Source: Candidatus Delongbacteria bacterium (GTDB lineage Bacteria > CAIWAD01). Taken from it: 64,000 bases of DNA. Made by a program: the position numbers and the translations under genes. The DNA lies in the NCBI GenBank assembly GCA_041675285.1, contig JBAYTZ010000018.1, forward strand, positions 7,586-71,585, written 5' to 3'. Below, one piece after another: positions 57,590 through 64,000 of this stretch. The notes beneath the pieces are model-generated. The model was given only the letters and a program-made list of their open reading frames with translations. It did no database searches and had not been told where the DNA came from. Position 1 is the stretch's first letter. Each line of letters starts with the position of its first letter.

Positions 57590-58504
57590 ATGGCACGCAT
57601 TCTCTTGAACGACGGCCTCGACGCGGCCGCCGTGCAGGCCCTGAAGGACAAGGGCCACGACGTGGACACCACCCACTACGAGGGCGACGAGCTCAACTCC
57701 CAGCTGAAGAGCGCCGACGCGGTGGTCATCCGCAGCGCCACCAAGCTGCGCGAGCCCAACATCGACGCGGCCCTGGCCGGCGGCAAGCTGAAGCTGATCA
57801 TCCGCGGCGGCGTGGGCATCGACAACATCGACCACGTCTACGCCCGCGCCAAGGGCATCGAAGTCCGCAACACGCCCACCGCCTCCAGCGCGGCCGTGGC
57901 CGAGCTGGCGCTGGCCCACATGTTCGCCGTCAGCCGCTTCATCGCGCACAGCAACGTCAGCATGCGCCAGGGCGAGTGGAACAAGAAGCAATACAAGGGC
58001 ACCGAGCTGGGTGGCGCCACGCTGGGGATCATCGGCATCGGGCGCATCGGCCAGGAACTGGGCAAGCGCGCCCAGGCCCTGGGGATGAGCGTCGTCTACA
58101 CTGACCTGCCCGGCGTGGTCTGGGACCAGCCCGGTGCCAGGCGCGTGGAGTTGCCCGAATTGCTGGCCCAAAGCGATTACCTCAGCCTGCACGTGCCGTT
58201 CGACAAGGCCAAGGGCGCGCTGCTGGGCGCGGCCGAATTCGCCGTGATGAAAAAGGGCGTGCGGCTGGTGAACTGCAGCCGCGGCGGCGTGGTGGACGAG
58301 GCCGCCCTGCTGGACGCGCTGAACAGCGGCCAGGTGGCGGGCGCGGGCATCGACGTCTACGCCGAGGAGCCGACCAAGAACCAGACCCTGCTGAACCATC
58401 CCAACGTCAGCGCGACGCCGCACATCGGCGCGGAGACCAAACAGGCCCAGACGCGCATCGGCGCCGAGGTGGTAGCCATTCTCACCGAACGGCTGGGGGG
58501 CTGA
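57590..58504 (+). CDS. serA: D-isomer-specific 2-hydroxyacid dehydrogenase (D-3-phosphoglycerate dehydrogenase-like)
   Basis: GIIGIGRIGQEL NAD motif ...NCSRGGVVDE. 304 aa, so it lacks an ACT domain. Confidence 0.7.
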   Translation: MARILLNDGLDAAAVQALKDKGHDVDTTHYEGDELNSQLKSADAVVIRSATKLREPNIDAALAGGKLKLIIRGGVGIDNIDHVYARAKGIEVRNTPTASSAAVAELALAHMFAVSRFIAHSNVSMRQGEWNKKQYKGTELGGATLGIIGIGRIGQELGKRAQALGMSVVYTDLPGVVWDQPGARRVELPELLAQSDYLSLHVPFDKAKGALLGAAEFAVMKKGVRLVNCSRGGVVDEAALLDALNSGQVAGAGIDVYAEEPTKNQTLLNHPNVSATPHIGAETKQAQTRIGAEVVAILTERLGG

Positions 58505-58506
58505 GC

Positions 58507-59757
58507 ATGGCGGTCTTCACCCCCTTCCAGGGCTTCCGGCCCCGCGCCGAGTTGGCGGCGCGCGTGGCCTGCCGGCCCTATGACGTGCTCAATTCCGCCG
58601 AGGCCCGGCTGGAGGCCGAGGGCAACCCCCACACCTTCCTGCACGTGGACAAGTCGGAGATCGACCTGCCCGCGGACGTGGACCTCTACGACGACCGCGT
58701 CTACGCCAAAGCCCGCGAGAACCTGGACCGCTTCATCGCCCTGGGTGTGCTGATCCAGGACGACACGGACTGCTTCTACATCTATCGCCAGCACATGGAC
58801 GGCCGCGTCCAGACCGGCTGGGTGGGCTGCTGCAGCGTGGACGACTATCTGACGGACGTGATCCGCAAGCACGAGCACACGCGCGCCGACAAGGAGAAGG
58901 ACCGCATCCGGCACGTGGACGAGTGCGACGCCAACGTGGGGCTGGTCTTCCTCACCTATCGCGGCCAGGCCCGGCTGGACCAGATCGCCGAGCAGTGGAC
59001 GGAGAGCCGCCCGCCGGTCTATGACTTCGAGTCCGGCGGCGTGCGTCACCAGTGGTGGGTGCTGGACGACGCCAAACTGCAGGCGGAAGTCACGGCGGGC
59101 TTCGCCAAGGTCAAGAACCTCTACGTGGCCGACGGCCACCACCGCAGCGCCAGCGCGGCCAAGGTGGGCGAGCAGCGCCGGGCGGCCAATCCGAAGCACA
59201 CGGGGGACGAGGAGTACAACCGCTTCCTGGCGGTCTGCTTCCCCAGCGACCAGCTGCACATCATGGACTACAACCGCCTGATCAAGGACCTGGGCGGCCG
59301 CACGCCCCAGCAGTTCCTGGCGGACCTGGAGCGCGCTTTCATGGTGGAGCCCGCCGGCGAGCGCGGCGCGCCCTGCAAGCCCGCGGAGCGCGGCAACTTC
59401 GGCCTCTATTTGGAAGGGTGCTGGTACCGGCTGACGGCCCGCCCCGAGGTGGTGCCGGCGGACGATCCGGTGGCCTGCCTGGACGTGGCCGTGCTGCAGA
59501 AGAACCTGCTCACCGACATGCTGGGCATCACGGATCCGCGCACGGACAAGCGGCTGGATTTCGTGGGCGGCATCCGCGGGCTGGCCGAGCTGGAGCGGCG
59601 CGTGGACGAGGACGGCTTCGCCTGCGCCGTGGCCATGTATCCCACGTCCATCGACGACCTGATGGCTGTGGCCGACTCGGGCCAGGTCATGCCGCCCAAG
59701 AGCACCTGGTTCGAGCCCAAGCTCTACAGCGGGCTGGTGGTGCACCGGCTGAGCTGA
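58507..59757 (+). CDS. DUF1015-domain protein
   Basis: MAVFTPFQGFRP...YVADGHHRSASA matches the DUF1015 family, which recurs next to serA/serC. Confidence 0.55.
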   Translation: MAVFTPFQGFRPRAELAARVACRPYDVLNSAEARLEAEGNPHTFLHVDKSEIDLPADVDLYDDRVYAKARENLDRFIALGVLIQDDTDCFYIYRQHMDGRVQTGWVGCCSVDDYLTDVIRKHEHTRADKEKDRIRHVDECDANVGLVFLTYRGQARLDQIAEQWTESRPPVYDFESGGVRHQWWVLDDAKLQAEVTAGFAKVKNLYVADGHHRSASAAKVGEQRRAANPKHTGDEEYNRFLAVCFPSDQLHIMDYNRLIKDLGGRTPQQFLADLERAFMVEPAGERGAPCKPAERGNFGLYLEGCWYRLTARPEVVPADDPVACLDVAVLQKNLLTDMLGITDPRTDKRLDFVGGIRGLAELERRVDEDGFACAVAMYPTSIDDLMAVADSGQVMPPKSTWFEPKLYSGLVVHRLS

Positions 59758-59770
59758 ATCTGTTGACCGA

Positions 59771-59798
59771 AAGGCCGGGGAAACCCGGCCTTCTTTTG
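59771..59798 (+). terminator. rho-independent terminator
   Basis: aaggccggg-gaaa-cccggcctt followed by cttttgg. Confidence 0.7.
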
Positions 59799-59828
59799 GG
59801 GACACGCACCGAGAATCGTGAGGCTGTC

Positions 59829-61334
59829 ATGGCCGACGTTCATCACCGATGGAATCGACATGCCGGCACCATCAGGTGGCTCCTGGGTGGCCTGTGGTTG
59901 ACCGGGATCGCCTGGGCCGCCGCTCCCACCACCATCTGCGTGGATGTCGCCTCGTGTCCCGCCACCATCCATGTACAGCGTCTCGAGATGAATCAGCCCG
60001 TGGTTTGGGAGGGCGTTGTGGATGTCATCCTTCCCCGGGGGCCTTTCGAGATGGAGCTGAGCAATCCTTGGGGCATGAACCCGGTGTCGATGGAGGTGAG
60101 CGCCGCTGACCTCGCCCTCGACAGCATGTCCATGGATTTGTGGTTGTCGGATGGCTTGGCGTCCATGAGCAGACAGCGGATTCCCATTCATGGGAGAAGG
60201 TTGCTCGATGAGGCATCCCAGCTGATTCAACATCACAGGTTGGTCGTGCATAGCGACTCCAATAGGAGCGCGATTCTGCGGCGGCTAGACGACACGCTCC
60301 GTGAGGAAGGGGACCGTTCTCCCTGGACGTGGACGGGCGATCTGTGGCAAGGTGATTTGCCCACCGCTGTGGGGCGGTTGCTGTCCAGCTGGCGGGAATC
60401 AGGACTGCAAATGCGGGAGCCGATCACCCTGCATGGAATGTGCGGGAAGGCGGGGCGGAAGTCGATCCACATTCGGGGGATTGCGAGGGAGTTGCTCGGT
60501 TCCCACGTGTATGCGACGACTGTGGAGAACTCACCGCGCACGGTGAACGCGGTGGCCAAACGTTGCGTGACCAATCAGGGCGAACGTGAGCTAGTCATGT
60601 CGAAGTGGGCGGACCTTCGATCCTCCGCATCAAGGAAGAGCCACGTGAAGTTCTGGCCCTTGGGATCTGATTGGCCCGAGTACCAGGAGGAGTGGGGCCA
60701 ATTGTCCCTGGACCCACCTCTGCTATCCGGTGCGCTGCGATCCCGAATCGAGCCGGGCGGCACCGTGAGCTGGGGCGTGGACTCCACGGAATGGAAGTGG
60801 GACAAGGTGGTCCGGGACTCCCAGAAGCGGGGCATGGCCGGTACGACCGTAGCCAGCCTGGACATGGTGGCAGGTCTCCCGGGTCAAGATGACCGCCGCA
60901 TCCTCCCCTATGAACACCACGTCCTTGAGTCCTTTGCCTTGCGCGATTGGCTGGTGGCCGGGCGGATCGACCGGCTCCCAATGGGAGACTCAGGGATTTT
61001 CCGTTACCCTTGGTTCTGTCACACGATGGGGACGCGGGACTACACGGCGCTCGAGCTGGGAGCCGTGACAGGACTTGATGCCGCTCGCCAAGTGTTCCAG
61101 GAAACACGCGCTGGTGAACCCGTGTGGCACTTGGATGTGCAGTTCACCAACACGGAAGACACCCCGTTGGAGTTCACTTGGCGTGAGATCCAGGGCCACA
61201 CGCGGTGGACCCTGTTGGAAAGCGAGCCTGCCGCACGGGCCGGCGCCAACGGCTTGGCCCTGGACGTTCCCGTGAGGGTGCCCGCCCGTGGCATTGCCCA
61301 TCTCAATGCGGTACTTGGCGTCCGCAAGGACTGA
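59829..61334 (+). CDS. exported hypothetical protein encoded by a low-GC (~60%) gene; likely horizontally acquired
   Basis: Hydrophobic N-terminus. GC and codon usage (TTG, GAT, AAT frequent) differ sharply from the neighbours. No motif recognised. Confidence 0.4.
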   Translation: MADVHHRWNRHAGTIRWLLGGLWLTGIAWAAAPTTICVDVASCPATIHVQRLEMNQPVVWEGVVDVILPRGPFEMELSNPWGMNPVSMEVSAADLALDSMSMDLWLSDGLASMSRQRIPIHGRRLLDEASQLIQHHRLVVHSDSNRSAILRRLDDTLREEGDRSPWTWTGDLWQGDLPTAVGRLLSSWRESGLQMREPITLHGMCGKAGRKSIHIRGIARELLGSHVYATTVENSPRTVNAVAKRCVTNQGERELVMSKWADLRSSASRKSHVKFWPLGSDWPEYQEEWGQLSLDPPLLSGALRSRIEPGGTVSWGVDSTEWKWDKVVRDSQKRGMAGTTVASLDMVAGLPGQDDRRILPYEHHVLESFALRDWLVAGRIDRLPMGDSGIFRYPWFCHTMGTRDYTALELGAVTGLDAARQVFQETRAGEPVWHLDVQFTNTEDTPLEFTWREIQGHTRWTLLESEPAARAGANGLALDVPVRVPARGIAHLNAVLGVRKD

Positions 61335-61396
61335 TCCATTGTGCGCTTGGCAGCGCCCATACCAAGAACGACCTTTCCCGCCCTCACCGGCAGGAG

Positions 61397-61969
61397 ATGT
61401 TCATGCGGCGATTCATCGGAGCGCAGCTGCTGCCCTCGGGCCTGATCTTCGGGTCTCTGCTGGCCGTTGCCCTGCTGGTGGACTGGGCCTTGCACCAGGC
61501 CGGCCTGGCTGGGGTGGGCCGCTGGCTGGGGCCGGTGGGCGTGGGCCTGTTGGCCCTCTCCTTTCTTCATTCCTTTCGGCGCCGCAAACTGCTGCGGCTG
61601 GGCTCGCCCAAGGGCCTGTTGCAGCTGCACGAGACCCTGGGTTGGCTGGGCGCCCTGCTCCTGCTCGTGCACGGGGGCATCCACCTGAACGCCGTGATTC
61701 CCTGGCTGGCCCTGCTGGCCATGGTGCTGGTGGTGGCCAGCGGCCTGACGGGCAAGTTCCTGCTGGCCGAGGCCCGCCGGCGCCTCGCGGCGCGCCGCCG
61801 GGAGCTCGAGGCCCTGGACCTGGATCCGCACGAGACGGAGCGCCGTCTGCAGACCATGGCCCTTCTGACCGGCACCTTGCAGCGCTGGCGCAGCATCCAC
61901 ATGCCGCTGACCCTCGCCTTCGCCGGCCTGGCTCTGGTCCACGTCGCCGTCACCCTGTTGCTCTGGTGA
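61397..61969 (+). CDS. small 4-TM membrane protein with conserved His in helices (possible b-type haem / quinol-interacting partner)
   Basis: About 190 aa with four hydrophobic helices. His in LLLVHGGIHLN and LALVHVAV. CAGGAG SD. 4 nt before the decahaem cytochrome gene. Confidence 0.35.
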   Translation: MFMRRFIGAQLLPSGLIFGSLLAVALLVDWALHQAGLAGVGRWLGPVGVGLLALSFLHSFRRRKLLRLGSPKGLLQLHETLGWLGALLLLVHGGIHLNAVIPWLALLAMVLVVASGLTGKFLLAEARRRLAARRRELEALDLDPHETERRLQTMALLTGTLQRWRSIHMPLTLAFAGLALVHVAVTLLLW

Positions 61970-61973
61970 AGCC

Positions 61974-62885
61974 ATGAACCGCAGCCTGCTGAGTTTCCTG
62001 ATCGTACTCGTCCTGGGGGCGGGCTTCGCCTGGCTGGCGCCCGGCGCGGCCATCCAGCCCGGCCACCTGCTGGCCGCCCACGAATCCCTTCAGGACGACT
62101 GTCTGGCCTGTCACGAAGTGGGGCGGGGCGTCACTCGGGAGCGCTGTTCGGCGTGTCACGAGCCGGCGGGCATCGGGCTGCGCACCGTGGACGGGGCAGA
62201 ACTGGACTCGCCGCGCGTGGCCGTCCAGGGCTTGCATCAGCGCAGCCAGGCCCTCACCTGCGCCCTCTGCCACGCCGAACACGCGGGCCGATTGGGCGGG
62301 GGCGCCGCGGCACGCTTCTCCCACGACCGGCTACCGGCCGAGCTGTCCGCGGATTGTGCCGCCTGTCACGGGGGCCAGCAGCCGGACGACGCGCTGCACG
62401 CCACAGCGTGGCTGGCCTGCGGCGACTGCCACGGCCTGGATGCCTGGACGCCCGCCACCTTTGATCATCAGGTGCTGGGCGCCGGTTCGCCGGCCTGTGC
62501 AGACTGCCACCGGCCGCAGGTCCCCGCCGACGACCTGCACCGCGCACTGGGCACCACTGTGGATTGCGCCCGCTGCCACCGGACTCGGGCCTGGACCCCC
62601 GCCGACTACGATCACCAGCGTTACTTCCGCTTCGACGACCACCACCCGGCCCACTGCGCCGATTGTCACACGCCGGGTCAGGGCTACAATTCCTACAGCT
62701 GCACGGGCTGCCACGTCCACAATCCGGCGCGCCTCGCGGCCGAGCACCGGGAAGAGGGCATTTCCGATTGGCGGGACTGCGTGCGCTGCCACCGCAGCGG
62801 GGACGAGGACGGGGCTGAGGGCGGAGAAGGCGACGAAAGCGAGGCGAGCCACGACGGCGGGGAGCGGCACGGGGACGACGACTGA
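61974..62885 (+). CDS. decahaem c-type cytochrome
   Basis: Signal peptide and ten CxxCH motifs (CLACH, CSACH, CALCH, CAACH, CGDCH, CADCH, CARCH, CADCH, CTGCH, CVRCH). Internal duplication CxxCH...AWTPA(T/D)(F/Y)DHQ. Acidic tail. Confidence 0.8.
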   Translation: MNRSLLSFLIVLVLGAGFAWLAPGAAIQPGHLLAAHESLQDDCLACHEVGRGVTRERCSACHEPAGIGLRTVDGAELDSPRVAVQGLHQRSQALTCALCHAEHAGRLGGGAAARFSHDRLPAELSADCAACHGGQQPDDALHATAWLACGDCHGLDAWTPATFDHQVLGAGSPACADCHRPQVPADDLHRALGTTVDCARCHRTRAWTPADYDHQRYFRFDDHHPAHCADCHTPGQGYNSYSCTGCHVHNPARLAAEHREEGISDWRDCVRCHRSGDEDGAEGGEGDESEASHDGGERHGDDD

Positions 62886-62912
62886 CCCTCACCGGCTCCG
62901 TACGGATCCCTT

Positions 62913-63290
62913 TCAGCTCGCGCGGCGGAGCCCCATAGTACCGCGGCAGACGGGACAGCGGCCGGCGCCCGTGGGCAGCCAGGCGCCGGTGCCGCACTCC
63001 GCGCATTCCGCCCGCAGCAGGCCCTGATCCTTCGGCGTCGGTCCGTCGCTCACCGTCCACTCGTCCAACGGGGCGCGCAATTCTTCCGGCAAGCGGTCCA
63101 GGTGCAGGCTGAGCCCGCGCCACAACTCCCAGACCTCCCACTCCTCCGGCGCCAGCAGGAGGAGCCCCTCCCGGTAGAGGCCGCAGGCCGGACAACTCAA
63201 TTGGTTATGGGCGGGCTGTTCCCGGCCCAGCTCCAGCGCGAAGCGCACGCCGCAGCGCGGGCAGAGAAACACGGTGAGCGGCTGGTTCAC
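62913..63290 (-). CDS. zinc-ribbon protein (two CPxCG-type pairs)
   Basis: FLCPRCG...CPACG and CAECG...CPVCRG. GTG start with a strong SD (GGAAGGAGGG) 5 nt upstream. The track ORF extended to 63566 was trimmed. Confidence 0.4.
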   Translation of the reverse strand: MNQPLTVFLCPRCGVRFALELGREQPAHNQLSCPACGLYREGLLLLAPEEWEVWELWRGLSLHLDRLPEELRAPLDEWTVSDGPTPKDQGLLRAECAECGTGAWLPTGAGRCPVCRGTMGLRRAS

Positions 63291-63675
63291 GATCCCTCCT
63301 TCCTGACTTGATCCCCAAGAAACGGCCAGGGTGGGACGCTTCCGCCCTTCTCCTTGGCGCGCGGGGGCCATGGTCACAATGGCCTCCCGGCATGTGGGTG
63401 CGATGTGGATGAACCTGGGATCCGCCGCGGGGGAAGGGTTGCCTTGGCTTATGGTTAAGGTTTGGTCCGCCGAAGAAAATGTCAACCAACTGTTCGAAAA
63501 TGGTCCCTGATTGGTCAAAATCGAACATCTAGGTGGGAGAAAGGTGGGCTCGCGGGCAGAACGCAAAGCTGGTTAGGGAAGCGAAACAATCTGGCACGCC
63601 CCTTGCAATTTCCTCATGCAAGAAACGACGAAGAGTTGATCGACCCCCAAACCACGTGAAAGAAAGGCTACCCCC

Positions 63676-64000
63676 ATGAAGAATGCATTGTGCTTCTGTC
63701 TCGGCGCCGCGCTGGCGGCTCCGGTGCTCGCTGGCACGGCCATCGAGCGTGACATGGTCCAGTCCCTCATCCAGAGCGGCGCCCTGCTGCCCAGTCAGAA
63801 CCTGGTGATGAATTCCGCTGACCGCACCTTCTGCCTCAGCGGCAGCATCCTGGCCGGCGAGACCATTTCCATCACCTTCGTGTTGACGGAAGACTGTTGC
63901 GACTGGGAGATCAATTCCTGTCCCTCCGACGAGACGGACACGTACTTCACCAGTTTGGTCGGCCCCGGCATCGACCTGCAGGGTGTGGACGATCCGGGCA
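63676..64000 (+). CDS. secreted protein, 3'-truncated by the window end
   Basis: ATG at 63676 after AGAAAGG. Signal peptide MKNALCFCLGAALAAPVLAGTA. Open to the window edge. Confidence 0.3.
   Translation, partial: MKNALCFCLGAALAAPVLAGTAIERDMVQSLIQSGALLPSQNLVMNSADRTFCLSGSILAGETISITFVLTEDCCDWEINSCPSDETDTYFTSLVGPGIDLQGVDDPG

Overview
High-GC (~70%) bacterial chromosomal segment. Many encoded proteins carry type-IX-secretion (T9SS) C-terminal sorting domains (NPFNP.T.I.F type-A tails and one FSPNGDGVND type-B tail), which points to an FCB-group / candidate-phylum organism. No rRNA, tRNA or CRISPR was found.

Gene content in order:
- dus (5'-truncated), pdxA, SAM-methyltransferase, ftsE, ftsX.
- An 11.5-kb surface-polysaccharide cluster (4120-16066): five GT4, one GT2, O-antigen-ligase-like, Wzx flippase, epimerase. 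Its 5' half (about 4.0-11.6 kb) has markedly lower GC (~58-62%).
- surA, then a DUF4159 / DUF4175 pair.
- A 1.47-kb low-GC non-coding gap between convergent genes, holding two tandem ~200-bp units bounded by inverted repeats.
- Class-I aminotransferase.
- An extracytoplasmic redox / T9SS-cargo locus: Cys-rich PPC cargo, MarR, two lipoproteins (one fused to a TlpA-like CVNC thioredoxin), a small cargo protein, a TlpA CEPC thioredoxin, and a beta-barrel OMP.
- A selenocysteine locus: selA, then an 880-bp spacer, then djlA translationally coupled to selB. The spacer carries two tandem copies of a ~110-nt hairpin-rich motif showing compensatory base changes.
- A 9-gene same-strand, mostly 4-nt-overlap operon (38157-50652): a giant FG-GAP adhesin with a T9SS type-B C-terminal domain, PorP/SprF, ExbB, ExbD, ExbD, a TonB-slot protein lacking a TonB C-terminal domain, a TPR protein, a hypothetical protein, and a protein with a degenerate FGE-sulfatase (GldJ/K-like) domain. 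This is the most system-like candidate in the window.
- Then: SixA-like phosphatase, an NlpC-like protein, an M1 aminopeptidase with a T9SS tail, hldD, serC-like / serA / DUF1015, a low-GC secreted hypothetical, a 4-TM protein plus a decaheme cytochrome c, a zinc-ribbon protein, and a 3'-truncated secreted protein.

All calls rest on motifs read from the translations; no database searches were run.
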